Counted from the stretch's first letter, positions 42,332-57,225 are shown. The stretch: DNA of 64,000 bases from the human T2T-CHM13v2.0 reference genome, Homo sapiens (GCF_009914755.1 NC_060944.1); one strand, 5' to 3'. The notes: generated by a model from the letters alone, not told the origin. Translations and numbers: made by a program.

Positions 42332-42871
42332 TGTGCAGAAAAGATTTCATATAACAGGCAAGAGAATTCCATCCTTAGAAAGGCCTGCATGCAAGGCTGG
42401 CCCTTGGCTGGTGTTTAGGAAATTGGAATTAGGAGGGTTTCCACCATTCCCTGAGAAGAGTGGCTCACTGTGTCTAAAGTGTTTATAGAAACAGTGTGTT
42501 TTCTCTGAACAGCTGCTTTCCTTGTAAGAGTCTGGAATTTGGGTACATGAGAGGGAGAGTAACCTCCATAGAAAAACTTGGGCACTTAGTCTCTAATGAG
42601 ACTCTAGTACTGGTAGACATCGCTGCACATATGTTGTCAAAATGTGAGCCTGGGAGAATTAAGCAGATCCTGGGAACTCCACAGGACAGAACTCCTGGAG
42701 GCTTGTGCCTCGTTTCCTCCAGAATTGACCACATGCACTTTTTCCTCTACTAATTTTGCTTGTCCCTTTTCTTGTTATCAATTAAAGATCTGAGTATGAC
42801 TATTTGCTGAGTCCTGTGAGTCCTTCTAATGAACCAACAAACCTGGGGTGGTCTTGGGAAACCTTGACACA
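42332..42871 (+). mobile_element. Solo LTR, MER68-like (ERVL)
   Basis: Starts tgtgcagaaaaga...ccttagaaaggcctgc..caaggctggcccttggctgg, ends ggtggtcttgggaaaccttgacaca. Confidence 0.75.
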
Positions 42872-43238
42872 AATGCATTGTGTAAGATTTGTATTAAGTT
42901 GACATGATATATGTAACTGTAATCAGATGGTTATTTCACAGAATAACTTTCCCTAATCTGTTTTTCTTTTCTTTTTTGCCCTTGATATTTGACTTGGAGA
43001 TTCTTGTATTTCTATATCTATCCAATTGAATAAAACCATAAAAGGAATAAATGAAACAATAATGTCGGAAAATAATGTGAAATAAGCAGCAATCCTCTTT
43101 TAACCGAACAAAAAATAGAGAATCTGGGTGATTGACAATATGTTCTACAATATGAATGTTTTTAGAAAAAAAAAATGAAAAAATAGTCAATTTTCTGCAA
43201 CTCAACTGGGCTTTATTCCTTTTTATAATAATTGTGCA

Positions 43239-43750
43239 GGCCAGGTGCAGTGGCTCACACTTGTAAATCCGAGCATTTTGGGAGGTTGAGGCAGGAGGAT
43301 CACTTGAACCCAGAAGTTCCAGACCAGCCTCGGCAATATAGTGACACCTCACCTATTAAACAAACAAATAAACAAACACCCTTAAAAAGAAAATTAGCCA
43401 AGTGTGGTAGTGCATGCCTGTAGTCCCAGCTACTTGGGAGGCTAAGGTGAAAGGATCATTTAAGTACAAGGATGCAGAAGTTGCAGTGAGCCAAGAAGGC
43501 ACCACTGCATGCCAATACTGGAAACAGAGGGAGACCCTGTATCAAAAATAAATAAACAAATAAATAATTGTGTATCAGGCCAGATGTAACCACACAAAAC
43601 TGTAGTCCCAGCTACTCAGGAGGATGAGGTAGGAGGACTGCTTGAGCCCAGGAGTTCAAGGCTATAGTGAGCTATGATTGCACCAATGAATAGACACTGT
43701 ATTCTAGCCCAGGCAACATAGAGAGACCCCCATCTCCTATGATAATAATA
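43239..43750 (+). mobile_element. AluJ (43239-43568) followed by an Alu monomer (43578-43750)
   Basis: ggaggatcacttgaacccag; cttgagcccaggagttcaaggct. Confidence 0.82.
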
Positions 43751-44349
43751 ATTGATTAATTGTGCATCATTCAAGTAAATTGTATAACTGGAGAAAAACC
43801 TATGACTATCGAGTATACTATTATAGTCTACTACTGACCATAGAGTTCCCGTTTACTTGCTTCTAATCTTTTTCTTCGTTTCTTATAAAACTAAAAACAT
43901 GATTTAAACCCATTAAAGGCAGTTCATTGCAAAACAAGTCAAAAAGTCAAAAGAATTGCATCCAAACAGTAGGAAGTGTTATCCACCGCTTTCTGTGAAC
44001 AGTTGGACTTGGTCCTTAAGAATCAGCAGGACTTTTAACTTTGTGTCTGTGTGCACACGTGTGTGCACATGTGCGTGTGTGTATGTGTACGTATGTGAAC
44101 TATGACAGATAAAATCATTTTGCTTGTGTAAGAATATGTAATATAACTTGTGCTTCTCACAAAGGAATTGCTTTTCCATCTTCTGTGTTCAGTTGCTATC
44201 TTGAAAAAATAATCTCCTATTTGTATGGGTGCCCGCTGGTTCAGTTCTACAGTTCTTATTGCCATTTATTTATGGTACCAGAAAGGGATTGCTGAGTTCC
44301 TGGTTCTAAAGATAGTTACTTTCTTAGTGACACAAATCAATATGTAATA

Positions 44350-44774
44350 CAGTTCACCCTTGAACAGCAAGGGTTTCAACTGCAGGGATTCACTTATATG
44401 CAGATTTTCTTCTGCCTCTGCAATGCAGAGACAGCAAGATCCACTTCTCCTCTTCCTCCTCAGCCTAATCAACCTGAAGATCATAAAGACCTTTGCCAGG
44501 ATCTACTAATGCTTTATGAAAAGTCAATATGTTTTTCCTGATGACTTCCTTTCTAACAGCTTCATTTCTCTAGCTTATTTTATTGTACAAACACAGTATA
44601 TAATAATGCAGCACAAACAAAATAGTTGTTCATCAACCTTTTATGTTATCAGGAAGGCTTCCAGTCAATGGTGGGCTATTAGTAGCTAAGGTGAAGGAAT
44701 CAAAAGTTATACTCAGATTTTCAACAGCACAGGGATCAGGGTCCTTCACCCCCACATTATTCATGGGTCAACTC
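44350..44774 (+). mobile_element. Tigger2a-like DNA transposon
   Basis: TIRs cagttcacccttgaaca and ttattcatgggtcaactc, flanked by TA on both sides. Confidence 0.8.
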
Positions 44775-45221
44775 TAGTTATTTGTTTACTAAATGTAAAC
44801 AATTTATTATAAAAATGAAATAGAAGATCCATTTGTATAACAAGTCCCATTTGTTATAATGTGACTATAGAGGAAACATACAACATACTAACTTAAACAT
44901 CTTTTTTCTTATTTATGCAAAAATATTATGTAGGATTTTATGGATCATAATTAAATAAATGAATGTTTTTAGACAATAATATTTGAGATTATAAATTAGC
45001 TACAACTACCTTCTTAAATAAATCTGAATTTCAAACTAAAGAAGTTAAATTTAAAAAATTAATTTACATATGTATATACATATATACACATTCAATTTAC
45101 ACATATTGTTAAACTGGTCTTTTTTGACTGACACTACCGTAATCTTACATCTTACTTCTTATTTTCTTATCAAGAGTAGGACCACCAAGAGAAGTAAGAA
45201 ATTCACTATCAGAAGCCTTAC

Positions 45222-45277
45222 CTGGTTTGTCCTTTTTAAGTATCTTATTTTTATGTTCCAAAATTTGTTGTTGAATT
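45222..45277 (-). pseudogene. ANKRD20A: ANKRD20A-like exon 6 (56 nt, open)
   Basis: cttag|AAT...CAG|gtaagg; IQQQILEHKNKILKKDKP. Confidence 0.9.
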
Positions 45278-46383
45278 CTAAGTATACAAAAGTAATAAAT
45301 AAAATTGCTATTTTAATACTGAAATAAAAAATATTTACCAAACATATTAAATTCCAAAACCATTTCAGACAATATCAGACCTAATATCAGAATTTTAAGG
45401 TCCCATACACTTCAAATTTTTAAACCTTACAAGCTTATTAAGCTTATAATTAAAGAAGAAAAGAAAGCGAAGTGCCCATAAATGGAGGAAGCACAGCTCA
45501 GTAAATTAACTCTAGTTAGCTGGATATCACGCAAAGTGTCCTGCACTCACAGTAAGTCCTCACTCTGTAACCAAAATACCTCGTTATGTAGGTATTTTGT
45601 TTTCAGACAAGTTGCTTCTCTTAGGCTCCGTGGTTTCTTCTAAAAAATAAGGATTCTGCTACCTTACTTCACTAGGTTGTTTAGAAGATGTAATGAGATT
45701 ACATGTTTAAATGTTCAGAGAAATAGTAAAGCAATGGAATAATTTATTCTTGAACCTTATTGCTGAAACCATTTTGGAATCCCAAATAATGCTCGGTGTG
45801 TGTTTTTCTATAAGTTCTAATATTCAAATGTTACAGTTTTCAGAAAATGTTATTAAGTGCTAATTTTGGTTATTACTTGCATTCATTGTGGCTTGTAATT
45901 CAGGGCATTTTACCTAATTCATAACTTATTACTAAATTTATATACATATATAAATTTAGTGAGCTCATCACTGAGCTCATCAATCACACCAAGGGCAGAA
46001 AACTAATAGGTGTCAAAACCTGGCTTGGACAACTACCACTCCTTCTCTACCTCCTCAAACTCTGAGCCAGCAGATCTGTGCTTGGCTGCTGGATCTCCAT
46101 GGTCCTCTCCAACTAACACACAAGAAGAAACCCTGCTATGATTGTTTTTCAGTTCCATGAAGGAAATGCAAGTTGACATTTTCTCATTTCCAAGACACGT
46201 ACTAGCAACATGTAACATCCCCTTATTACTCAGCTCTGTTCCCATTTCAGAGATCACCGTACATCAATAGTTTCACAGTGATAATCACAATTTCAATATT
46301 GCGTGTCACCTGTTTTGGTTTTGCTCACACTGCTTCCTTGGAGCTACTCAACAAATAGTCAAATGGCCTTCCTGGGACTATGC

Positions 46384-46489
46384 AAAATATGGAATTCTTT
46401 CTGAATTTGCGTGCCATTCTTAGGCAGTAGCCATGCTTATCTGCTCTGTATTGATCCAATTTTAAAATATGTGCTGTTGAAATAAGTAC
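46384..46489 (-). ncRNA. RNU6: U6 snRNA pseudogene (RNU6-type, full length 106 nt)
   Basis: Reverse complement gtacttatttcaacagcacatattttaaaattggatcaatacagagcagataagcatggc...gcaaattcagaaagaattccatatttt aligns ungapped to U6 with about 23 mismatches by hand count; ACAGAGA box changed to ACAGAGC. Confidence 0.92.
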
Positions 46490-47439
46490 AAAGCCCTGTT
46501 TGATACATGGATACTCATGAGTCATGGATGAAGCTTAGCTCTGTTAAATCCAACTCACTTACTTCAGATTCAGAGAATTTTATTGAATGGCTTCCTGTGA
46601 GGAGGTAGAATTTTAAAATATATTGAAAACTTGAGGAAGAGCTGCAAGTAGCCCAGGAGATTTTCATGATTATAGAGACACATTAATTGAGGGGCCAACT
46701 GCAAGCTGGTTCCCACTACTCAGTGGAAAGATAACATGGAACATTCTGCTATCTAACCAAAGCTGCTTCACAGGATATAAAAAAGCCTCAAGGTACAGAT
46801 CTGATAGCAAAAGGGAAAGGGAACTCTGATCTCTTCCTGTAACATTATTTGAACATCCCTGACTATTGAGAACAATCCCAACTAATATTGGTTAAAGGAA
46901 AGACAAGCATGGCTCTCAAAGGATAACATACCATGAAGGCCTAGGCAAAGTCTAGCTAAGAGGCAGGCTCCATATAAGGTTTTTAGTGTAAGATGAGCAT
47001 CAACTTGCTCAATATTTGTGTGGATAAAGCTAGGAGGCCTAGCTGCCAGAGCACGGTGCTGGGAACAATGACTGAGCACAAGTACATAAACTATTAAACA
47101 CCGTAGCTTTGAACTGTATATATGAATCACCATGAAAACTGAGAGGTCTGAATCAGTGAAGGCATCCTAGTGGCAAAGATCAATCATTATCAGATTGCAG
47201 GACCGGTTACAATGGCAATAATACAGCAAGTGAGGCCATGGAAATAACAGAATGATTAGAATGCCCTTTTTTCCCCTTCTTCTGACTTGTAAAGAAAGAT
47301 TGCCTTCCTTGGACTTAGGAAACCCCTTAGCTTCTTGGAAAATTCAAAGAAGGAAGGCACAGGAGAGAGCCCCGGGGACAATACAAGATTTTCTGCTAAA
47401 TTGGACATTACAAGACTCAATAACTAATTAGAAAAGTCA

Positions 47440-47542
47440 GGCCAGTCATGGTGGCTAGCACTTTCAGAGGCCGAAGCAGGGGGATTACTTGAGCTCAGGA
47501 GTTCAAGACCAGCCAGGGAAACAGAGTGAGACCTTGCCTCTA

Positions 47543-47594
<52 letters not shown>

Positions 47595-47600
47595 AAAAAA
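47440..47600 (+). mobile_element. Alu left monomer (FLAM-like) with A49 tail
   Basis: ggccagtcatggtggct...cttgagctcaggagttcaagaccagcc...tctac then A49. Confidence 0.82.
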
Positions 47601-47913
47601 GGAAAGGAAAGGAAAATAAATCAAAGATGTGGCTCTTTTTATCCCATGCATGGGGATTATACTTAGAATAAAATGAACAACATTGAGATCCCTAGGGATA
47701 AAGGTCTCAAAAATCCAGAAAAAATCTTGCACTCTACTTCTAGCTAATCTAGACTTCTGCTTGATTTCTGGCTAAAAGGTAGACTAACTCATGGCTATTT
47801 CAAACTATCTGAACCAAACTATGAACTCTCACCTAATGTATATAAGATGGAGTAGTTGCAATTATTTTAAACTTCAATTTAGTATTAACTGGATTTTTAA
47901 CATAAACACGTAC

Positions 47914-48051
47914 TTTGTCAAATGATGAGAAATAGCGTAATCTTCTGCATCTCGTCCACATATGTCTTTAGCGAAGACATCAATATTTTGCTTAAGAAGG
48001 ATATTCACAATACCTGGTGAGTCATAGTGTATAGCAAGCAAGAGGGCTGAC
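47914..48051 (-). pseudogene. ANKRD20A: ANKRD20A-like exon 5 (138 nt, open)
   Basis: tttag|GTC...AAA|gtacgt; SALLLAIHYDSPGIVNILLKQNIDVFAKDICGRDAEDYAISHHLT. Confidence 0.92.
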
Positions 48052-48535
48052 CTAAAATAACAAAGAAATAACTCCACTCAAGAACTTTAATAAAGACTTT
48101 TTTAAAAAGCTAGTTCGATACACTTTACCAATTTAATATCTGCCTGTCAGTGTAGACGTAATAACCATTTGTATGTACTAGCTTTGGTCTATAAGCATCT
48201 AGGGTGCTCAAGTGTTCATCTTTGTAAATTGTCACCAAGGCTAAAAGAAAGGGACAACAGGGAAGCCTCTTGTCCCGCTGGGGTAAGACATAATACAAGT
48301 TGTCAACTTATAGTCCTTTGATGGCCAAGAAACTGTGCTGAGGTCACTTATCTAAAGTAGGCAAAGATTTAGATGAAGATTCCCCCATTGCTTTCCTAGT
48401 TAAATCAGCTAGGGGTCAGATAAGAGTTATCTGCAGGCTGAAAACAACAACAACAACAATGACAATAATAATAATAATAATGACAATACTAGTAGTCATA
48501 AACTAAAAGTCCACACTTTAAAAATTAATAAAACT

Positions 48536-48828
<293 letters not shown>

Positions 48829-49114
48829 TAATAAAGCTAATACAAAACGCTTTAGCTAATAAAAGATTACAGTATCAAAAGCATCTGATTATAAATACCA
48901 AACACTCTATATTATAAGAGAAGATGAATCCTACTATATACTATTCTTTATGTTACTCAGTCCAAATATTTGCTGGTCTACCTGATTATTCATGGTGATA
49001 TTTTTCATTATATGCCAATAATTATGTTAATCTTCTTATTAATATTTCTGACTTGAGTGACTGTTACCACTCTAGAATACTCAGGTTTTATTTTTAAAAA
49101 AAGAACAACTGTAC

Positions 49115-49221
49115 TGTCTCAGCCTATCAACAGCATGTGTACTTGCTTTGGTTTTCAATAAAAGTTCCACCATTTTCTCTTTCTTGCAAATTATGACAAA
49201 TAAAAGTGGGGTATTATTGTC
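49115..49221 (-). pseudogene. ANKRD20A: ANKRD20A-like exon 4 (107 nt, open)
   Basis: catag|GAC...ACA|gtacag; DNNTPLLFVIICKKEKMVELLLKTKASTHAVDRLR. Confidence 0.9.
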
Positions 49222-51824
49222 CTATGAAACAGCAGAAAAAAATTAATAATTCACAAAATTACATATTTCTCAACTAAACTGAAAATCTTCTCTGGGATGC
49301 TTTGAACTTCAACATACAATATAGAAAGGAAGTAAATGAAAAGCAGTCCCTTCCTTCTCACTCCTCTGTGCTTTCTGATGTGCTGCGCTTTGCCTTGCAA
49401 CAACCCTCCTCTGTCTCCCCGGATTAACTGTGGTCATTGCCAAAACTCACTTTAAACGTTTACTAGTCCCAAGAATCCTTGCTTTGATCACAGCACTTAG
49501 CATGGTACATTGTAATCATTTCACTGTTTCCCACTGAAACCAAGAGCTTCTTGAGGCAAGGGCTGTATCTTTTGTCTCTATAGCTCCAAAACCCGAAGAC
49601 ATAGTAGCAAACATTTTAAGTTTTTTACATAAATTAATGATCTAAATTATTCTCACTAAAGCAGTGTTTCTTAAACTATATTCCAAAGAATATTTGCTTT
49701 ACCAGAAGTATTATACCCAAAGAGAAAGACTCCATGACCATCTGCATTTGAGAAGTATTATAAAACTGTATGTTATGTCCAATAATCAAGAAATCTCTTG
49801 AATTTTACCTAATCCCCATTTCACAGTACTATTTGTGGCAAACATTAACATTTGAGGAATTAAGAGTTTTAGGGGTACAGTTGCCAGAGCTTCCCAATGC
49901 CGGTGGAGGTTTCTTCTGGGTGGTACAAACTTGCTTGATTCACTTCTATCAATGCTGTCAGGATCCCAGATGACAATGTCAGGCACTCCTGCTCCAAATG
50001 GGTCACTATGGAAATGAGCTCTGAATTAAGAGAGATTGGCTTCAAATGCACTTATTTTCCTTATTATTAAATAGTCCATGGGTTTTTTCCCTAATACAAG
50101 AGAATAGATTTTTATCTTTACTGTTAGAAAGCTCAGTATGTTCTGTGTAAGAGAAATAGGTTTAAAAAACTTAAGAACAAATATTTAAAAAACCAAAGCT
50201 CAGTAAGAAATACTATTCTCAATTTTAATGGTAATCCCAGGACCCCAGGGCAGCTCTACCTTTTAAATCCATTTTTATTGGCTTCCACTTAAAGGGCTAC
50301 TTAAAATTATTTTTTATTTTAGACAAAATATAAATCAGAAATAAAAACATAATGGCTTATCAATAAAAGTTCTCATACTGATCCATATGAATTATTTCTG
50401 GCATAATAAAAGCCAGTAAGTCACTGGCATTTCTAAGGAAGAGCACTGATGAGAAAGATGTAATGTCTGCAATATTCATAAATTATCCAACTATAACCAG
50501 GAATAACCTAAAAAGGCTTCTAGACATTCTTATGGGCAGATAATTATTTGTGGTATATATAAAGAAAAGAGTTTCAAAAACTTCTAAATTCTAAAATTCA
50601 ACTCCATAACTGAGGGATTTACATACTCTATAGACTATATATTATAACAAATACATGCTGACTTAAAAACCTTGAAATCTTTATCAAAATATACTATAAC
50701 ATAGGAGTTGTAAACTCAGATACTTACAAGGACAAAGGAAGGTTGCCTGAGTAAAGGAAGTACTAAGGTGGGCACAGTAGCAAACTGGAGAATACATGCC
50801 TTCTCTAAAGGGGCAACCTCTGCACAGCAGACCAAACAGTGATAGAAACTCAGGGGACACCAGATTTGATTTTTTAGAATAAGCCTGAAGTCCAGATATC
50901 TACACCAGTCTTCTAAATTTTACATGCTGATTCAACTTATAGAGGAAAACAAACAAATCTGTGTACCACATTAGAATATAGCCCTTGTGTTTTTATATTC
51001 ACTATTAATGTGTTACTAAATGGTTGTGTATAATCCAAGTATTTGCATGTAAAATACTTTCTTTCTCTAGTATCATATGTTTTACCAAAAAATCAGGCTC
51101 TCATATATAATAAAAATTGCCAAAAAAGACTCATAATACCTACTTAAAAAATTTTTCCAACATTTATTCATTTAAAATATATTTGTATATAATTTTCCCA
51201 GATTGTTAACCAAATAGATAATTGGTTCATAGGACTGTTAAAACTAAATTATTAAAAGAATTCATATCTGTATTTTTATTAACTCCATGGACTTCAATGT
51301 TTAAAACTGACATTTTGGGTATGCTAAAGCTCTATAAACTTAACAAACATACTGAGCTAGTTCATAATAAAACTTCAACTAAACGAATAGTTTAGGATTT
51401 GCTACTATTCTAATTGAGAAAGCCCAAATTGTAATGAACATTTGTTGACACATAATCACGTGCATGGTGACAAAGGGACATCAAATCATGAAAGAGCCAG
51501 CCTCTGCTTATTGAATGATTACCCATAAGCAAATTTCTAAAGACTCTCTGAATGTTAGTGAAGGATTCATGGTGGGAAGGAAAAGGTGCTATTCTGTAAA
51601 CTGAGAGATATTGCCAGTAATATTTCCTTTCACTTCCCAGTCACAGATGTAGAGAAAGACAGATAAGTCAGGCTAATATTACTGAAAAGGAGAACTTTGA
51701 AGGAAGTAGCACCTATCGAATGCCAATTCTTCTAGAGATTTCTTACGTTTTTGAGATACAGAAATTCATATGTTGCACTTATCTATTCTGGGGTTCTTAA
51801 TCAGGACTGTATCCGAAACTTGAG

Positions 51825-51825
<1 letters not shown>

Positions 51826-51864
<39 letters not shown>

Positions 51865-51960
51865 ATTGTTGTTAGAGGCAAGAGTCTCATTATGTTGCTC
51901 AAGCTGAACTTAAACTCAGGCTCAAGCTGGGACTACAGGAACATGTCACTGTGCCCAGCT
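51826..51960 (-). mobile_element. Long poly(T) plus degenerate Alu monomer fragment
   Basis: T-run, agtctcattatgttgctcaagctg...gctgggactacagg. Confidence 0.6.
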
Positions 51961-53023
51961 TCAAGAAAACATTTTTTAAAATGTTCAGGCCTTATTAGGT
52001 CTATTACATCAAAATCCTCAGGGGAAAGCCTACAATTGTAGATTTTTAACAAAATGTCATCAGGTCACTGTAATGCACAATTCTGAGAATTGGTGCAGCA
52101 ATCACTTCAGTCTCATCTCTCACCCGCATGGCTAATTCCCTTTATCAGTTGGACATGTGGCCAAAAAGAGAAAAGAGTAAGAGATAGTGTCATTTATTAA
52201 AATTCCAATTAAGTTTCCTGGGTATGGGTAGAACACAGACAAATAAACTCAAAATCCCACTTGATTTTGCTATTTACAAGCTCCTTATCTCCCACCTTCC
52301 CACCAAGACATTCTAGGTTTGAGAGGAGGCTTTAGACTCTTATCTAAGTGGCTGTTTCTGCCAGAATGGGCAATAAGTCAGTTAATAATTTGTCCTACCT
52401 TCTGCTGAAGTTTTTCTCACTTCATCACCACCTATTCACTGCCAAACTGGTTCCCTCAGAGTCTTCCTGAAATTAATCTCTAGGCAAGTTTCAACTCATT
52501 CTTTTTCAAACCAAAAATTATTAGACCCAAAGCTAAAGAGCACCTTATCTCAACACATAAACTGGAAGAACAACAAACTAAAAAAAAAAAAACAAAAAAA
52601 ACTCTTCTTGTCGTTTTCCCTCATTACCTAATTTCCAAGTGACCTACATATTTCTCATTGCTCTCCTTTTCCCTACCCATTTTTCCCTCTTAAGGCTTGT
52701 GCCACTGAGAGATGATACATCAGTTTTTCAGAAAATTATCAGCAGCAGCAACATGTCCATTTATTGTAAGTTGCTTTAGTTTTGTTTGAGTTTTAAGATA
52801 AAGCCTAGTTCCAGGGCATGTTTTCTTTCCTGTGTTGTTTTACACCAATTCGAGGGGAAAAAAAGGAAAGAATAACCCTGCATAGAAAAAAAAATTGAAA
52901 AGGTTTTACCTTTAACATATTCACAAATATTCAGGGAATGGTTGAGCTTCCAAATATAAAAAATTGACCCTTACCTATGTCAATGTTAAAACAAATATTT
53001 TGGAAAGAAAGTTGATTGATCTA

Positions 53024-53209
<186 letters not shown>

Positions 53210-53357
53210 TTAGACCAAGAAATAGATTGTAAATTCTAAGAAATTCAAAATAAACATTCCACAGGTTTCACCAACTAGTTGTATTTAAATGAGATCAATT
53301 TATTTCAATTCTATGTATGCAAATCAAATCCATGTCATGCTAAAAGAGTTGGCTCTA

Positions 53358-53522
<165 letters not shown>

Positions 53523-53679
53523 TCAAAACATACAATCATTCATGTAACTATAAAAATTGAAGAGCATGTTTTTCCTCTGCCTTCAAAACAAATACTTAAT
53601 TTTTTTGAAGAAAGCACAATACTTACTAGCTCTTATTGCTCACTGCCTTAATAAAAACAGTAGCCTATTTGAATAGAAA

Positions 53680-53880
53680 GAGCTCAGTCTTTGGATTCAG
53701 TTCAACTAGGGCTTGAGTCCTACTTTAAACCCTGTCACTTACCAACTATTGCTTAGCCTTTCTGTGTCTCAACTTCCTCATTAATAAAGATGACAATAGT
53801 AGCTATCTCACAGAACCCCACCGTGATGCTTAAATGAGAAGCTATGTATTTAGAATAGTTCCTACAACAACTCAATAGTT
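53680..53880 (+). mobile_element. MIR
   Basis: ctttctgtgtctcaacttcctcat..taaa...tatctcacag....gatgcttaaatgaga core. Confidence 0.6.
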
Positions 53881-53885
53881 GTAAG

Positions 53886-54173
53886 ATTTTTGTTTTTTCA
53901 GACAATGTCTCACTTTTTTGCCCAGGCTGGATGTAACTATAGCTCACTGCAGCCTGGAACTCCTGGGCTCAAGCGATCCTCCATCCCCAGCCTCCTGAGT
54001 AGCTGGGACTACAGATGTGAATCAGCATGCCCAGCTATTTATTTAAAAATTTTTGTAGAGTAAGAATCTCACTTCGTTGCCCAGGATGGTCTCAAACTCC
54101 TGGCATCAAGCAATCCTCTCACCTCAGTCTCCCAAAGTTCTGGGATTACAGGTGTAAGCCACTGCACCCAGCC
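53886..54173 (-). mobile_element. Alu (J-type)
   Basis: atagctcactgcagcc..ctgggctcaagcgatcctcc. Confidence 0.85.
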
Positions 54174-55974
54174 AGATATTATAATTGTTACTATTACTAC
54201 TACTTAACAAAAACATTTTAATTAGGTAAAAGACACAATTATACCTACTTTGCAGGATGGCTTAAAGAGTAGGTCACATTTGAACACTTCTGACATTGGA
54301 ATGTCACTTATATAACTATAATTGGTAGCATTTAAAAAATTATCTTATCTATATATAAAATAGTGGGGCATCTCACAATCCATGAGACCTTACATTAAGT
54401 AGAATATGGTGTACTAAACAGGTCTAGGGCAGTTCTAGACATATAACTGGTACATAAATACATTTTAGTTCTTAAAGGTACTATGGGGATAGAACACTGA
54501 AATTATAATAATGCATTTTTTAAACAAATTAATTCTTTGATTTTCAAACAAATTGACAAAGGAAACTCATGATTCAAGTGAATACATATGGCTCATTTTA
54601 TTCAATATTTATGCTTACAGAATATATGCAAATAAGACCTTCCAATGATTAATATTAGCATTTAAGACTGATAAACTTTTGAATGGCAGTTAAAGGTTAT
54701 CTTCTACTATTTTCTAACTTCAGAAATGCTTTTGTTTGAAAGTTGGGAGACAAACTTTCAAGGAGATTAAGTCCCAATATTCCTATTTTAAATCTCTCAG
54801 CTTGTGCAGGCAGGGCAGGTAAACACGAAGTTTTTAAGGATAGAAGGGTCCTGAGAGATAGCAGAATATGTCTGCTACATAACAGGTACTCAGGTTATGT
54901 TTGATGAATAAATGGAATGAAAGAATGGATAAATACAGTTGGGGAGTTCAATATTTTTAAATAACCTCCTATAAAGCAATATTTTTGCAATAGTAATTAT
55001 TCATATGTTATTTTTATTTTTAAAGAATACAATTAAAATGAAATGATTAATCTATCATTGTTTGCATAAATTGAATGAATACATAAGAAAAACGTATGTA
55101 CATAATAAAATATATAGATAATAAAATCTGGAAACAGATAAAAACATTCCCTTTTTACTTCTGAAGAGGCTAAAAGTTCAAAGAAGATAACAATACACTC
55201 AATAATGATAAAAAATAGAAAGCGAGAAATTATTTTTAATATTGTAAGATTCATATTCCCCTCTTCCCAAGGATTATTCCTTTACTAATAAACTTTACTA
55301 GAAGTTTTGTACATGCTCACTGCAGCAATCACAGATAAGAAAAAGGAAAAGAACTTTACTTAAAATACAAATGCTCAGAAATTACAAATTTTATATTTTG
55401 TACATATTTTTTGCTAAAACAAGACCATAGTATGTTTGTATGTATAACTTTATTGATTTTTTTCCTCACTAGCTATAACAAAATACATCTTCACACATCA
55501 ATATACTTCTGTATCTATTGCCACCTTCAATGGTCACACATTATTCTATCCTGTGGATGCAACTGAAATTTATTTATAGGATCCATTCTATGGGTTCTTT
55601 TTAAAATAAGTGCTGTGAAAAATAAAGTGCATGTATCTTTATTTCCTCAGGGTGTTTTAGTATAATGGAATTGATGGGTAAAGGGCATACATGTTTTTTA
55701 AATGTACTACTTACCACCAAATTATCTATTTGAAAAATAATCAGCAACTTAAACTTTAAGCAGGAGTATAAAACATCCTCACAAATATTGTGGATAGAAA
55801 ACTGTTTCATTCCTCTTTTAATTTAAATTCTTATACCAGAAATGCGAAGGACTTTTTCCTATGTACACAAGTAACTTGCAGATCTGGAAAAAAGTACTTT
55901 GCCCAATTTTAGAGTGTTTGATGATTTGATTTGAAAGAATTTCCTGTCAAATGAAAATGTACTTTTCATCTAAT

Positions 55975-56438
<464 letters not shown>

Positions 56439-56813
56439 TCATCTGAAAAAATATATATATAGTATAGTAAATATTTTTCAAGTAAGCTCTCTTATCTGAG
56501 AACTTTTCGCCTACTACGGTATTTTTGATAGGGGAATGAGTTCTCTCATTAGGCACCTCCTATAATGTATATAAACCATGTTTTAAACGTGTACGTTAAA
56601 AATAACAACACTGTGTATGCTTAACTTTGTGAGTTAAATCACTCAAATTCTCCAACTGCTCCAGCCAGGGAATTATGAGGGATGGAAAACAGCTGAGAGT
56701 CCTTTTGGCTCCGCCGCTCCGAGGGTGCCCGGTGCCCTGCAAGGCCCCATCCCAGGGGCTGCGGGGAAGCCGGGCCTGGGGACCCCATCCCATCACGGGC
56801 TGAGCCCCCGCTA

Positions 56814-57029
<216 letters not shown>

Positions 57030-57115
57030 TCAGACCCCCAACCTCTGGCTCTTGAGCGGGGGCAGCTCCCTGTCACCTTTTCACCAACCCCCTCCCCCGA
57101 CCCCGGCCGACCCAG

Positions 57116-57225
57116 CCCCAAATCCCCTATCCAACCCCAAATCCCTGATCCAACCCCAAATCCGCGATTCAACCCCCAATCCGCGATCCCAAATCTATGA
57201 TCTACTCCACAATCCGCGATCCAGC
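57116..57225. repeat. 19-bp minisatellite (ccccaaatccgcgatccaa-like, about 6 copies)
   Basis: Units start at 57116, 57135, 57154, 57173, followed by two more degenerate copies. Confidence 0.85.

Noticed and set aside
42950-43020. Possible extra fossil exon on the minus strand (DIEIQESPSQISRAKKKRKTD*)
   Set aside because: Acceptor-like AG present, but there is a stop codon, no clear donor and no homology I can confirm.
46384-46560. U6 copy as an active Pol III gene
   Set aside because: About 22% diverged, ACAGAGA box mutated, and no TATA or correctly spaced PSE upstream.
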